From the sequence record KP881232.1: 24,000 nucleotides of DNA, one strand, 5' to 3'. A program made the position numbers and the translations under genes. This DNA comes from Sinorhizobium phage phiM9. Position 1 is the stretch's first letter. Each line of letters starts with the position of its first letter. The notes beneath the pieces were generated by a model, which saw nothing but the letters and a program-made list of their open reading frames with translations, did not search any database and was not told the DNA's origin. Of this stretch, positions 16,505 through 23,497 are shown piece by piece.

Positions 16505-16565
16505 GCTATCTCCGTGGTCTATTCGTTATGATCGTCTTGTATCTCATTCGGAGACGAATGTACAC
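16505..16565 (-). promoter_or_regulatory. Leader/promoter element upstream of the topoisomerase medium subunit
   Basis: ATAACGAATAGACCACGGAG leader plus GATAC and CATTCG/CGAATG inverted repeat. Confidence 0.5.
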
Positions 16566-16846
16566 TACCAATTTTCGTGCGGTATTCTCGGCACGTCCAG
16601 GAGATCTCGAAACTGAGATTGGAGATGATTTCGTCCTGCGATTGCTCCTCGTTCGAAAGCATATTGGAGGCAGTAGATCATAAACTTCGAAGGATCGATC
16701 GCTGAAAGATCGACGAAGTACGTTACGCCGTGAGCGTTCTCGAACTGCACTCTGTCTTGGTAGTCCAAGCTGAGTCCGTGATCTCGAGCGAACTTCTTGA
16801 TGAGTTCTCTCTGTCGAGCGTAGTGGTCTTCGGAAAGGGGTTTCAT
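16565..16846 (-). CDS. Hypothetical protein, 93 aa; paralogue of the adjacent upstream gene
   Basis: LIKKFARDHGLSLDYQDRVQFENAHGVTYFVDLSAIDPSKFMIYCLQYAFERGAIAG. Confidence 0.7.
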   Translation of the reverse strand: MKPLSEDHYARQRELIKKFARDHGLSLDYQDRVQFENAHGVTYFVDLSAIDPSKFMIYCLQYAFERGAIAGRNHLQSQFRDLLDVPRIPHENW

Positions 16847-16847
16847 G

Positions 16848-17084
16848 TTACAGCTCCAGTTTTTGGCGGAGTCGAGCTTTCTCGTGGTCGACTCCTTCTT
16901 TGAAGGCTCTGATCCAGATCGCCGAGAGTACGTACTTCATGAGATCAGCATCAGAGTTGACGTATTCGAGATTGATCGAGTGAATCGAACCATGAGCAGG
17001 GACGATCACAGAGAATTCTTCCTGCACGAAACCGTGCTTCTCTGCGAACTGCTGGATCCTAAGCTTCCAAAGTTTCCGTGTCAT
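16848..17084 (-). CDS. Hypothetical protein, 78 aa; paralogue of the adjacent downstream gene
   Basis: RIQQFAEKHGFVQEEFSVIVPAHGSIHSINLEYVNSDADLMKYVLSAIWIRAFKEG; conserved CACGGAG leader upstream. Confidence 0.75.
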   Translation of the reverse strand: MTRKLWKLRIQQFAEKHGFVQEEFSVIVPAHGSIHSINLEYVNSDADLMKYVLSAIWIRAFKEGVDHEKARLRQKLEL

Positions 17085-17157
17085 TGACGTCTCCGTGAGT
17101 TAGTTGTTTCGTTGATATGAACCTATCAAACTTTCACGGAAACGTAAACCGGAAAGT
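17085..17157 (-). promoter_or_regulatory. Leader/promoter element
   Basis: CGTTTC-N11-GATAGG ... CAACGAAACAACTAACTCACGGAGACGTCAATG; flanking AACTTTC/GAAAGTT inverted repeat. Confidence 0.55.
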
Positions 17158-17388
17158 TCACTCTCCGACCCAACCTGATCCACCACATGAAACGCATTCG
17201 AAGCCAGCTCCGAGTCCTTCGCTCCAGCCGTCATTGCACGCGTATGCAGTGCATCGTCTCGCTACGACGTGTTGAGTGTCGACGAGTCTCTCGAAGATCT
17301 TCTTCGCAAGGCTGTATCGATTAGGAACGTACCACGGGATCTGTGATCTGATCACTGCGATGAACTGATTTGGTATCACGCTGACCAT
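17158..17388 (-). CDS. Small cysteine-rich protein, 76 aa
   Basis: CTAYAC...CVSCGGSG, zinc-knuckle/DnaJ-type CxxCxGxG-like pattern. Confidence 0.6.
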   Translation of the reverse strand: MVSVIPNQFIAVIRSQIPWYVPNRYSLAKKIFERLVDTQHVVARRCTAYACNDGWSEGLGAGFECVSCGGSGWVGE

Positions 17389-17588
17389 CAGACGAGGACT
17401 CCCTTATCGAGTGCCAGATTCATGTCCTTGTCGAGATGCCACAAACCTCGTTCGAGACCGATCTGAACGACGAGTTGGAAGTCAAGCTTCTTGTGGCCAA
17501 TGTCGACACAGACGTTGAGGACGTTCTTAGGAGAAACAGCTCCTAGCCTGAGTATTGCCGTGATGTCGTCAACGATTTTCTGCTGCAT
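17388..17588 (-). CDS. Small hypothetical protein, 66 aa
   Basis: MQQKIVDDITAILRLGAVSPKNVLNVCVDIG...; GGAG upstream; abuts the 17158..17388 ORF. Confidence 0.65.
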   Translation of the reverse strand: MQQKIVDDITAILRLGAVSPKNVLNVCVDIGHKKLDFQLVVQIGLERGLWHLDKDMNLALDKGVLV

Positions 17589-17722
17589 GAGCTTCTCCTG
17601 TTGATGGTTTGCCGTCTCTCCGAGCTGTCACGAGTTAACCGTACGTTGCGGGCCGGTTGACTTCCCTTGTCATTTCACGGACTCGAACCGTGGGCTTCCG
17701 ACTGCTCGTAGAGGCGATTGCC
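17589..17722 (-). other. Non-coding, structured interval with a tRNA T-arm-like hairpin
   Basis: CACGG-TTCGAGT-CCGTG at 17676-17692 on the minus strand; GAGGC-AATC-GCCTC hairpin just upstream. No full cloverleaf found by eye. Confidence 0.4.
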
Positions 17723-18238
17723 TCAAACTGATTTGCGAACTTCTACGTACGGAAACTCTTCTGCGAGTTGGATGATGTCATTCAACACGTCACCGATTCC
17801 GCAGAGGACGAGTCCGTTTCTGTCCCACATATGAGTCTTCCTTATCGTGTAGTCATAGTGAAACCGACCGATGCAGAACCTGATCTTCTTCAAATGAGCG
17901 CCGAATGTATGCATCACGCTGTACCGAGTCATCGAGCTGAACTCAGGCTTCGAGCTGAAGTCCTTCCGTTCAGGCTTCAGCCAGAGAGTGTGATAGTCGA
18001 TCTGCTCGTCCCATACGAACGTCATCTGTCCTTCGCCGAACCTCTCCTTGAGGAACGATGTACCAAGATTAGAGCCTAGAAGAGCAGCGTAATCGTTATT
18101 CTTGTGCGCGACGATGAGTTTGAAGATCCGTTCGTTGGTGTCCTCGAGAACGAGTTTGTCGAGATGTGTCTTGTAGCTCTCGATCGTCTTCTGAGTATTG
18201 GTGATCTTTTCTTCAAGTGTACCATTTAGAAGGAGCAT
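17723..18238 (-). CDS. Hypothetical protein, 171 aa
   Basis: Co-directional ORF MLLLNGTLEEKITNTQKTIESYKTHLDKLVL... Confidence 0.75.
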   Translation of the reverse strand: MLLLNGTLEEKITNTQKTIESYKTHLDKLVLEDTNERIFKLIVAHKNNDYAALLGSNLGTSFLKERFGEGQMTFVWDEQIDYHTLWLKPERKDFSSKPEFSSMTRYSVMHTFGAHLKKIRFCIGRFHYDYTIRKTHMWDRNGLVLCGIGDVLNDIIQLAEEFPYVEVRKSV

Positions 18239-18329
18239 TGTTCTGTGTCCTCACAGTGTCAGGGTGGTGTATTCTCGAGGATCAGACAATAGTATCCTAA
18301 TCGGAACTCTGCCTGATCCCTGTGGCCAA

Positions 18330-18536
18330 TTAAATCAGATCCACATCGATGATCCGTGTCACTGCGTGGCAAGTGTCACACTTGATCCGTTCAAAGATCT
18401 TATACACTCCAGGAACTCTCCACTGATCGACTCTGTATGGATGTCCGATAAGTTTTGCTCCTCGGATGCCCTTTGCTCGAAGATCGTCGAGTGTCGGAAA
18501 AGCCAAGTACTCTTGTAAATTCATGACCTTCATCAT
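18330..18536 (-). CDS. Small hypothetical protein, 68 aa
   Basis: ORF immediately following the topoisomerase large subunit stop; CDTC near the C terminus. Confidence 0.6.
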   Translation of the reverse strand: MMKVMNLQEYLAFPTLDDLRAKGIRGAKLIGHPYRVDQWRVPGVYKIFERIKCDTCHAVTRIIDVDLI

Positions 18537-18537
18537 G

Positions 18538-20469
18538 TCAGATATCCAGTGCGTTGGAGGTCCAGTCTGATCCGGACTCTGCGATCTTCGTCATGTTCTC
18601 TTCGACGGTCATCGTCATCATCTCTTTCCGATCGTCGGATCGAGAGCCGTTGAACAGGAGATTGAGAACGTGAGGGATCATCAGGTCCTTGTGGAGTGCG
18701 ATGGACACAGGGTTCTCGATGTGGTCCTTGAAGTTTTCAGTCTGGAGAGAGCCAAGACCTTTCGCTCGACGGATGCTCCAACCTTTGAACTTGCTCGCAT
18801 CGAACTCTTGCATGTTGTGCGGATAGAAGTATCGACGCTCTTTCTTATTCTCTGCGATAATCAGAGGAGTAGAGAAAATGTGGATGAAAGGTTCAGCTGT
18901 ATCGAAGAGTTCTGGCCAGTACTTGTAGAAGAGTCCGATGACAAGTGGGCAGATCGAGCCTTGACCATCTTCATCCGCGTCGGCCATGATGTAGACTTTT
19001 CCGTATCGGAGTGAAGAGACATCAGCACGTTTGCCAGGTACGAGACCGATCGCTGCGCAGAGTTGCTCGATGACTTTCGACTTAAGAGCATCGGCTGGCT
19101 TTTTATCGAAGACGTTAAGGATTTTGCCTCGGAGAGGCATGACTGCATGGATCGCTGGGTTTCTTGCATTGTTCAATCCGCCTTTCGCAGATTCGCCTTC
19201 GGTGATGAAGAGGACACAGTTGCTTCGTACACTCGAGTTCGCTTCGATCAGACTTGCGATCTTCAGCTTCTTGAGCTTCTTCGCATCTTGGTCGATCTGA
19301 GACTTGTCCTGTTGGTGAGTTCGAGCTGCACACCTGTGGTAGATGGCTTCGATCAGCTTCGGATTGTCCTTGATGAACTTGGCCCAGTCTGTGTCTTCGA
19401 CGAGACACTTGAAGATCGCCTTCTTCGCTTCGTTGTTCGTCAGTCGAGTCTTGGACTGCGAGTCGAAGTTCGGAGCTTTCACCTTCATTGCACCGAAGAA
19501 GAACAGGTTGTCGAGGACGTCGTTCTTGTTCGGGTTGAGCTTCCGACGCTTTGACTCCTTCGTGAGAGCTGCAAGAAGTTGACGCGGGAAGTGGTATCGG
19601 ATCTCGTCATCCATCGTACCACCGTTGTAGGCAGGGACGTTGTTCACGAACGAGAAGAACGCGGTGTCGTCTTCGGTCATCTTCAGGAAGTATGAACCGT
19701 GGTTCGACTCATCAGCGAACTTGAACTCGTGAGCATAGTCCTTGCCAAACAGGTTGAAGCCGATGTCCTTCGACGTTTTGATCTTCGATCCGTTGTACGT
19801 GAACACGATATGCGGATTGGTCTTCGCGATCGCATAGACGACGGACTTTATGACTTCATCTGGAAGAACGAGATCACTGAACACCTTCTTCGAGAGCTTG
19901 AAGTTCACTGAAGTCCCAGTGATCTTCTTCGAGTGATCTTCGATGATCGGCTTCTTAATCTCGAGTTCTTCATCTCCTTCAGCAAAGTTCTGAATGAAAG
20001 TCTTTCCGTCACGATTGACAGTCAGATTGAAGTGTTCAGAGCAGAAGTTCACGACGGAGATGCCGAGACCGTTCGTACCGGCTTGTTCTCCACGTTCGCC
20101 GAAGTTACGTCCTGCTTTCGTCTCAGAGACTACGAGAGTTGCTACGTAGTTTCCTTTCTCGTCGTTCCAATCGATCGGAATGCCACGTCCGGTATCTGAA
20201 GTTCGAATGGTATGCGTATCTTCATTGTATCGAACATCGATCGTTCCTTTGCCGACGAATGAAAGTTCGTCGAGGTGGTTGTCGATCGCTTCACGGAACG
20301 CCGTGAGTGCAGCAGGAGTGAACGTGACGTCCTGCATCTCGAACGTGTCTTTCAGATCATCGTAGACCGGAAAGCGGATCTGCGTAGGAACGCGAGACCC
20401 GAGGTACATCTCAGTACGCAGTCGTGCGTGCTGGTAGTCGTTGAGGAATTTGATCTCTTCGGCGGACAT
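18538..20469 (-). CDS. 39: Type II DNA topoisomerase large subunit (T4 gp39-like, GyrB/ParE family), single 643-aa ORF
   Basis: GHKL ATPase motifs (REAIDNHLDE, DTGRGIP, GTNGLGISVVN), TOPRIM motifs LFITEGESAKGG and MADADEDGQGS. Confidence 0.95.
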   Translation of the reverse strand: MSAEEIKFLNDYQHARLRTEMYLGSRVPTQIRFPVYDDLKDTFEMQDVTFTPAALTAFREAIDNHLDELSFVGKGTIDVRYNEDTHTIRTSDTGRGIPIDWNDEKGNYVATLVVSETKAGRNFGERGEQAGTNGLGISVVNFCSEHFNLTVNRDGKTFIQNFAEGDEELEIKKPIIEDHSKKITGTSVNFKLSKKVFSDLVLPDEVIKSVVYAIAKTNPHIVFTYNGSKIKTSKDIGFNLFGKDYAHEFKFADESNHGSYFLKMTEDDTAFFSFVNNVPAYNGGTMDDEIRYHFPRQLLAALTKESKRRKLNPNKNDVLDNLFFFGAMKVKAPNFDSQSKTRLTNNEAKKAIFKCLVEDTDWAKFIKDNPKLIEAIYHRCAARTHQQDKSQIDQDAKKLKKLKIASLIEANSSVRSNCVLFITEGESAKGGLNNARNPAIHAVMPLRGKILNVFDKKPADALKSKVIEQLCAAIGLVPGKRADVSSLRYGKVYIMADADEDGQGSICPLVIGLFYKYWPELFDTAEPFIHIFSTPLIIAENKKERRYFYPHNMQEFDASKFKGWSIRRAKGLGSLQTENFKDHIENPVSIALHKDLMIPHVLNLLFNGSRSDDRKEMMTMTVEENMTKIAESGSDWTSNALDI

Positions 20470-20549
20470 ATTGCCTTTCTCCGTGAACTTTCGTTATTGA
20501 GGTACTTTAAACAAAATATGACAGATTGTAAACAGGAAAATTTCCACGA

Positions 20550-21095
20550 ATGCAACCATACGGCTTCATCTATCGTACGACAAACAATGTGAACGGTATG
20601 AAGTATATCGGACGCAGGCAAGGCGATCCCGAAGCCGTGCGGCGTTATCTCGGTTCCGGGAAAGTATTGAAGTACGCTCTCAAGAAGTATGGAAGACAAA
20701 ACTTCACGAGGGAAACCTTAGAAGTTTGCTTCTCGAAAGAGGAGTATCTCCAAGCAGAGAGGAAATGGCTCAAACAGCTGAATGTTGTTGAGTCCAATGA
20801 ATACTACAACCTGACTGACTTCTCATACGGCGCTGAACCAGGTCAATTCCACACAGAAGAGACGAAAGCAAAGATGAGAAGGCCGAAGTCTGAAGAAGTC
20901 AAAGCTAAGTTGAGAGGACCTCGACCTCACACGACAGGACCGAGACCTGATCGAGCTGGCGAAAACAGTCCAGACCAAATCAGGAAGAAGGAGTGGGATC
21001 TCCTCCAGGAAAGAGATCCAATGCTGTATTCTGAACTCCAGAAGACGATGAACAGAAAGTCTCGAATTCCAGTAGAATTCAGACCTACTCTGTGA
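20550..21095 (+). CDS. GIY-YIG family endonuclease with NUMOD3-like repeats (free-standing homing-type), 181 aa
   Basis: YGFIYRTTNNVNGMKYIG...RRYLGSGKVLKYALKKYGRQNF; FHTEETKAKMR / KSEEVKAKLRG; only convincing plus-strand gene. Confidence 0.88.
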   Translation: MQPYGFIYRTTNNVNGMKYIGRRQGDPEAVRRYLGSGKVLKYALKKYGRQNFTRETLEVCFSKEEYLQAERKWLKQLNVVESNEYYNLTDFSYGAEPGQFHTEETKAKMRRPKSEEVKAKLRGPRPHTTGPRPDRAGENSPDQIRKKEWDLLQERDPMLYSELQKTMNRKSRIPVEFRPTL

Positions 21096-21696
21096 ACAAG
21101 AATTTTCGAGTCAGTTCGAGGACTTCACCTTGGTGTCTGTCAGTAGTGTCGATTTCGAGGACATCGTTGAAGATCAAGTTGTCAGCATAGATCTCGAAAG
21201 ACGATTTGATTCGATCGTAATGTATCTGCTCGAAAGACTGTACGTCCGATCCACGCTTCACCTGTTCTTCCTTACTCACGAAGAGTTTCAAGAGACGAAT
21301 GTCGAGTTCGATTCCGGTGTCGTTCGTGAACTGATCGATCATCTTCACGATGGTGTCTGAGAGGATATCCTCTTTGATGCCTCTGATACCGTCGAAGATC
21401 ACAGTGGACACGAAACTCCGAGTCATCACGAAGCGATCACGAAGAGGAAACTGTTCGATCCACGTGAGAGCTTGCATGAACTCAACAATGGCCATCGCAT
21501 TGCCGATGTCAGAAACGAACGTGGCATCATCGTTCTTGAACATGCTACGAGTTATGTTGTAGTACGGCTTGTTACCGGTCGCTGAAAAATCGTTGACTTT
21601 GATGTTCTCGACACGGAACATCCGAAGATCGAAGGCCAGGGAATCTTTCCCTGACCTGTCGAGACCTTCGATGATGAGAAGAGTCTTCTTTACCAC
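21085..21696 (-). CDS. P-loop nucleotide kinase, dNMP/thymidylate kinase-like, 203 aa
   Basis: N-terminal LLIIEGLDRSGKDSLA P-loop; MTRSFVSTVIFDG region resembles the DR(Y/F/S) region of thymidylate kinases. Confidence 0.7.
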   Translation of the reverse strand: MVKKTLLIIEGLDRSGKDSLAFDLRMFRVENIKVNDFSATGNKPYYNITRSMFKNDDATFVSDIGNAMAIVEFMQALTWIEQFPLRDRFVMTRSFVSTVIFDGIRGIKEDILSDTIVKMIDQFTNDTGIELDIRLLKLFVSKEEQVKRGSDVQSFEQIHYDRIKSSFEIYADNLIFNDVLEIDTTDRHQGEVLELTRKFLFTE

Positions 21697-22736
21697 TTGT
21701 AGAACCTCTGTACTGAGCGATGTGCTTCCTGCTTCACTTCTACAATGTCCTTCAAAGTCCAGTGGACTGGAAACAGAAGTGAGTCCTGTTTGTGTCTGAA
21801 CATCGAGATGATTTCCACAGGACCGAGATGAATCGTCTTCCGAAGATCAGAAGGCATGTACACCTTCACACTGCTAGCTCCATCGACGCTGTCGTTGAGG
21901 ATCGTGAGCAAGTTGGCCATGTGTTTCGAAGGATCGAGCTTCAACACTCTGTTCGCAATCTTGTCGTAGAACGGCAGAGTCTTCAGGCTGTTGTTCGGAT
22001 CAGTGACACCGAAGATCGAGTCCGGAAGCTCATTGAGAATCAAGTGCTCGAAATCGTAGTCCTTGTCCGACAGACGGTACGGGAAGTAGATGTCGATGGC
22101 ACCGATGAGATCAACCGGTTCGTACGATGAAGGAATCTTCGGAGCAACGAAATCAGTAATCTCGAAGACCTTTTCGGACTGGCCACGGAGATTGACTTCC
22201 GGATAGATCATCTGGTTCTTGTTGAAGAAGAACGTGGCGACAGAATCAAGGATCTGCTTCTCGAACCAAGGAAACTCTTCCATCGAGTACGTCGTGTTTT
22301 CAGGACGAGGCGATCCCGGGCAGAGGAAGATAGTGTGTGGACGGTCCTGGATCGCGAAGTAGGTAAGGACAAGATCGCCTTTCCAGCGATCACCAGAAAA
22401 GATATGTTGGGTTCTGTTAGCCAGAGCATTCTCGCCATACGTCACCTTGATCGGAGTGATCTTCTCGTGTTGAGCTTCGATCCAGTAAAGGTCTTCGACT
22501 CCGTTCTTCAGCTGATTGACCTGAGGAACCGTGATGTAGATGTCCTGGAAGACGTCAGAACCCATGTCACGAAGGATGTCCAGAACAGACTTCAGATTTC
22601 CGTCAGAACGGATGTCGTAGAGTCCTGTTTCATAGGATCGCATCGAGTACTGCTGCTCGATGAAAAGGTTCTTCAAGTCGTACGCTTTCGCATACGACTC
22701 GAGAAACGATTGCAGAGATTTCTGCCTTACTTCCAC
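21690..22736 (-). CDS. Protein of unknown function, 348 aa, in the nucleotide-metabolism operon
   Basis: Overlaps both neighbours by a few bases; segment VDLIGAIDIYFPYRLSDKDYDFEHLI; no family securely recognised. Confidence 0.8.
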   Translation of the reverse strand: MEVRQKSLQSFLESYAKAYDLKNLFIEQQYSMRSYETGLYDIRSDGNLKSVLDILRDMGSDVFQDIYITVPQVNQLKNGVEDLYWIEAQHEKITPIKVTYGENALANRTQHIFSGDRWKGDLVLTYFAIQDRPHTIFLCPGSPRPENTTYSMEEFPWFEKQILDSVATFFFNKNQMIYPEVNLRGQSEKVFEITDFVAPKIPSSYEPVDLIGAIDIYFPYRLSDKDYDFEHLILNELPDSIFGVTDPNNSLKTLPFYDKIANRVLKLDPSKHMANLLTILNDSVDGASSVKVYMPSDLRKTIHLGPVEIISMFRHKQDSLLFPVHWTLKDIVEVKQEAHRSVQRFYKW

Positions 22737-23497
22737 CAGTTGTCCTCCATGTGTGCGACTCGACCTGCGTATTCGAAGTCGCGTTCGTAGATGTGTGCCG
22801 AAGTTACCACTCCGGTGATCGTGCCGACGTTGTACCCAGTCGTCTCAGCCATCTTGTGGAGAAGCTTCAGATCGATCAGGTAATCGTATGGCCAGACCGA
22901 GATCATGTTCTGAGACCGCATGTGAACAGTCATGTTCAGATCATTATTCTCATCCACGTCGAATTGGAAACCGATTGTGCACGGATATTCGACAGTTGGA
23001 AGTTCGCCTTGTCGAAGACCATCCAGGAGCTTGTTGTCATTCATCCCGTCGAGAACAGAGATGTACGCACGTCTGGTGTCACGGTTTGCTTTCAGTTCAC
23101 GAGACACAGGACCGAACTGAGCAGTGACTCGCGGTCCGTAGAACATCGAGAAGTTCACCGGCAATTCGAACGTCGAAAGATCGGATTGCTTCGCGTCGTA
23201 CTTTGCGGCAACTGGATTGAGATCCTTCAGAGACTGAGGCATCGTGTCAGAACCGGAGATGACCCAGTCAGAGAAAGCGTGACCGTACTCGAAGTGAGGA
23301 CGACGAAGTCCAGCAGGAAGATCATCGAATTCACCTTCGAAATTGGAGATCGATGAGGTCGAGTGCTTGTTCACCGTGTAGATCAGGTTTCGGATCTCAC
23401 AAGTCTTTCCGATTCGAGACTCCTTGAAGTCACCGAAAGAGCAGATCTCCTCAATGGTGTCTCGGAAGATCTTACCGAATGTATTGTATTGGTTCAT
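22727..23497 (-). CDS. Thymidylate synthase/pyrimidine (deoxy)nucleotide hydroxymethylase family enzyme, 256 aa
   Basis: FYGPRVTAQFGPVSRELKANRDTRRA, catalytic-Cys-type YPCTIGFQF, HMRSQN, PYDY, TSAHIYERDF and C-terminal DNWWK (cf. HWWK in T4 gp42). Confidence 0.85.
   Translation of the reverse strand: MNQYNTFGKIFRDTIEEICSFGDFKESRIGKTCEIRNLIYTVNKHSTSSISNFEGEFDDLPAGLRRPHFEYGHAFSDWVISGSDTMPQSLKDLNPVAAKYDAKQSDLSTFELPVNFSMFYGPRVTAQFGPVSRELKANRDTRRAYISVLDGMNDNKLLDGLRQGELPTVEYPCTIGFQFDVDENNDLNMTVHMRSQNMISVWPYDYLIDLKLLHKMAETTGYNVGTITGVVTSAHIYERDFEYAGRVAHMEDNWWK

Noticed and set aside
17676-17692. Calling a full tRNA gene from the T-arm consensus
   Set aside because: No complementary acceptor stem, D-arm or seven-base anticodon loop could be paired by eye, so it is reported only as a tRNA-like hairpin.
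18279-18319. GGATCAG/CTGATCC inverted repeat between 18238 and 18330 as a terminator
   Set aside because: Only 7 bp with a 27-nt loop, no U-tract, and GATC is generally overrepresented here, so a chance match is plausible.
21085-21095. Bidirectional terminator at the convergent GIY-YIG/kinase junction
   Set aside because: The genes overlap at their stops and no hairpin plus T-run was visible.
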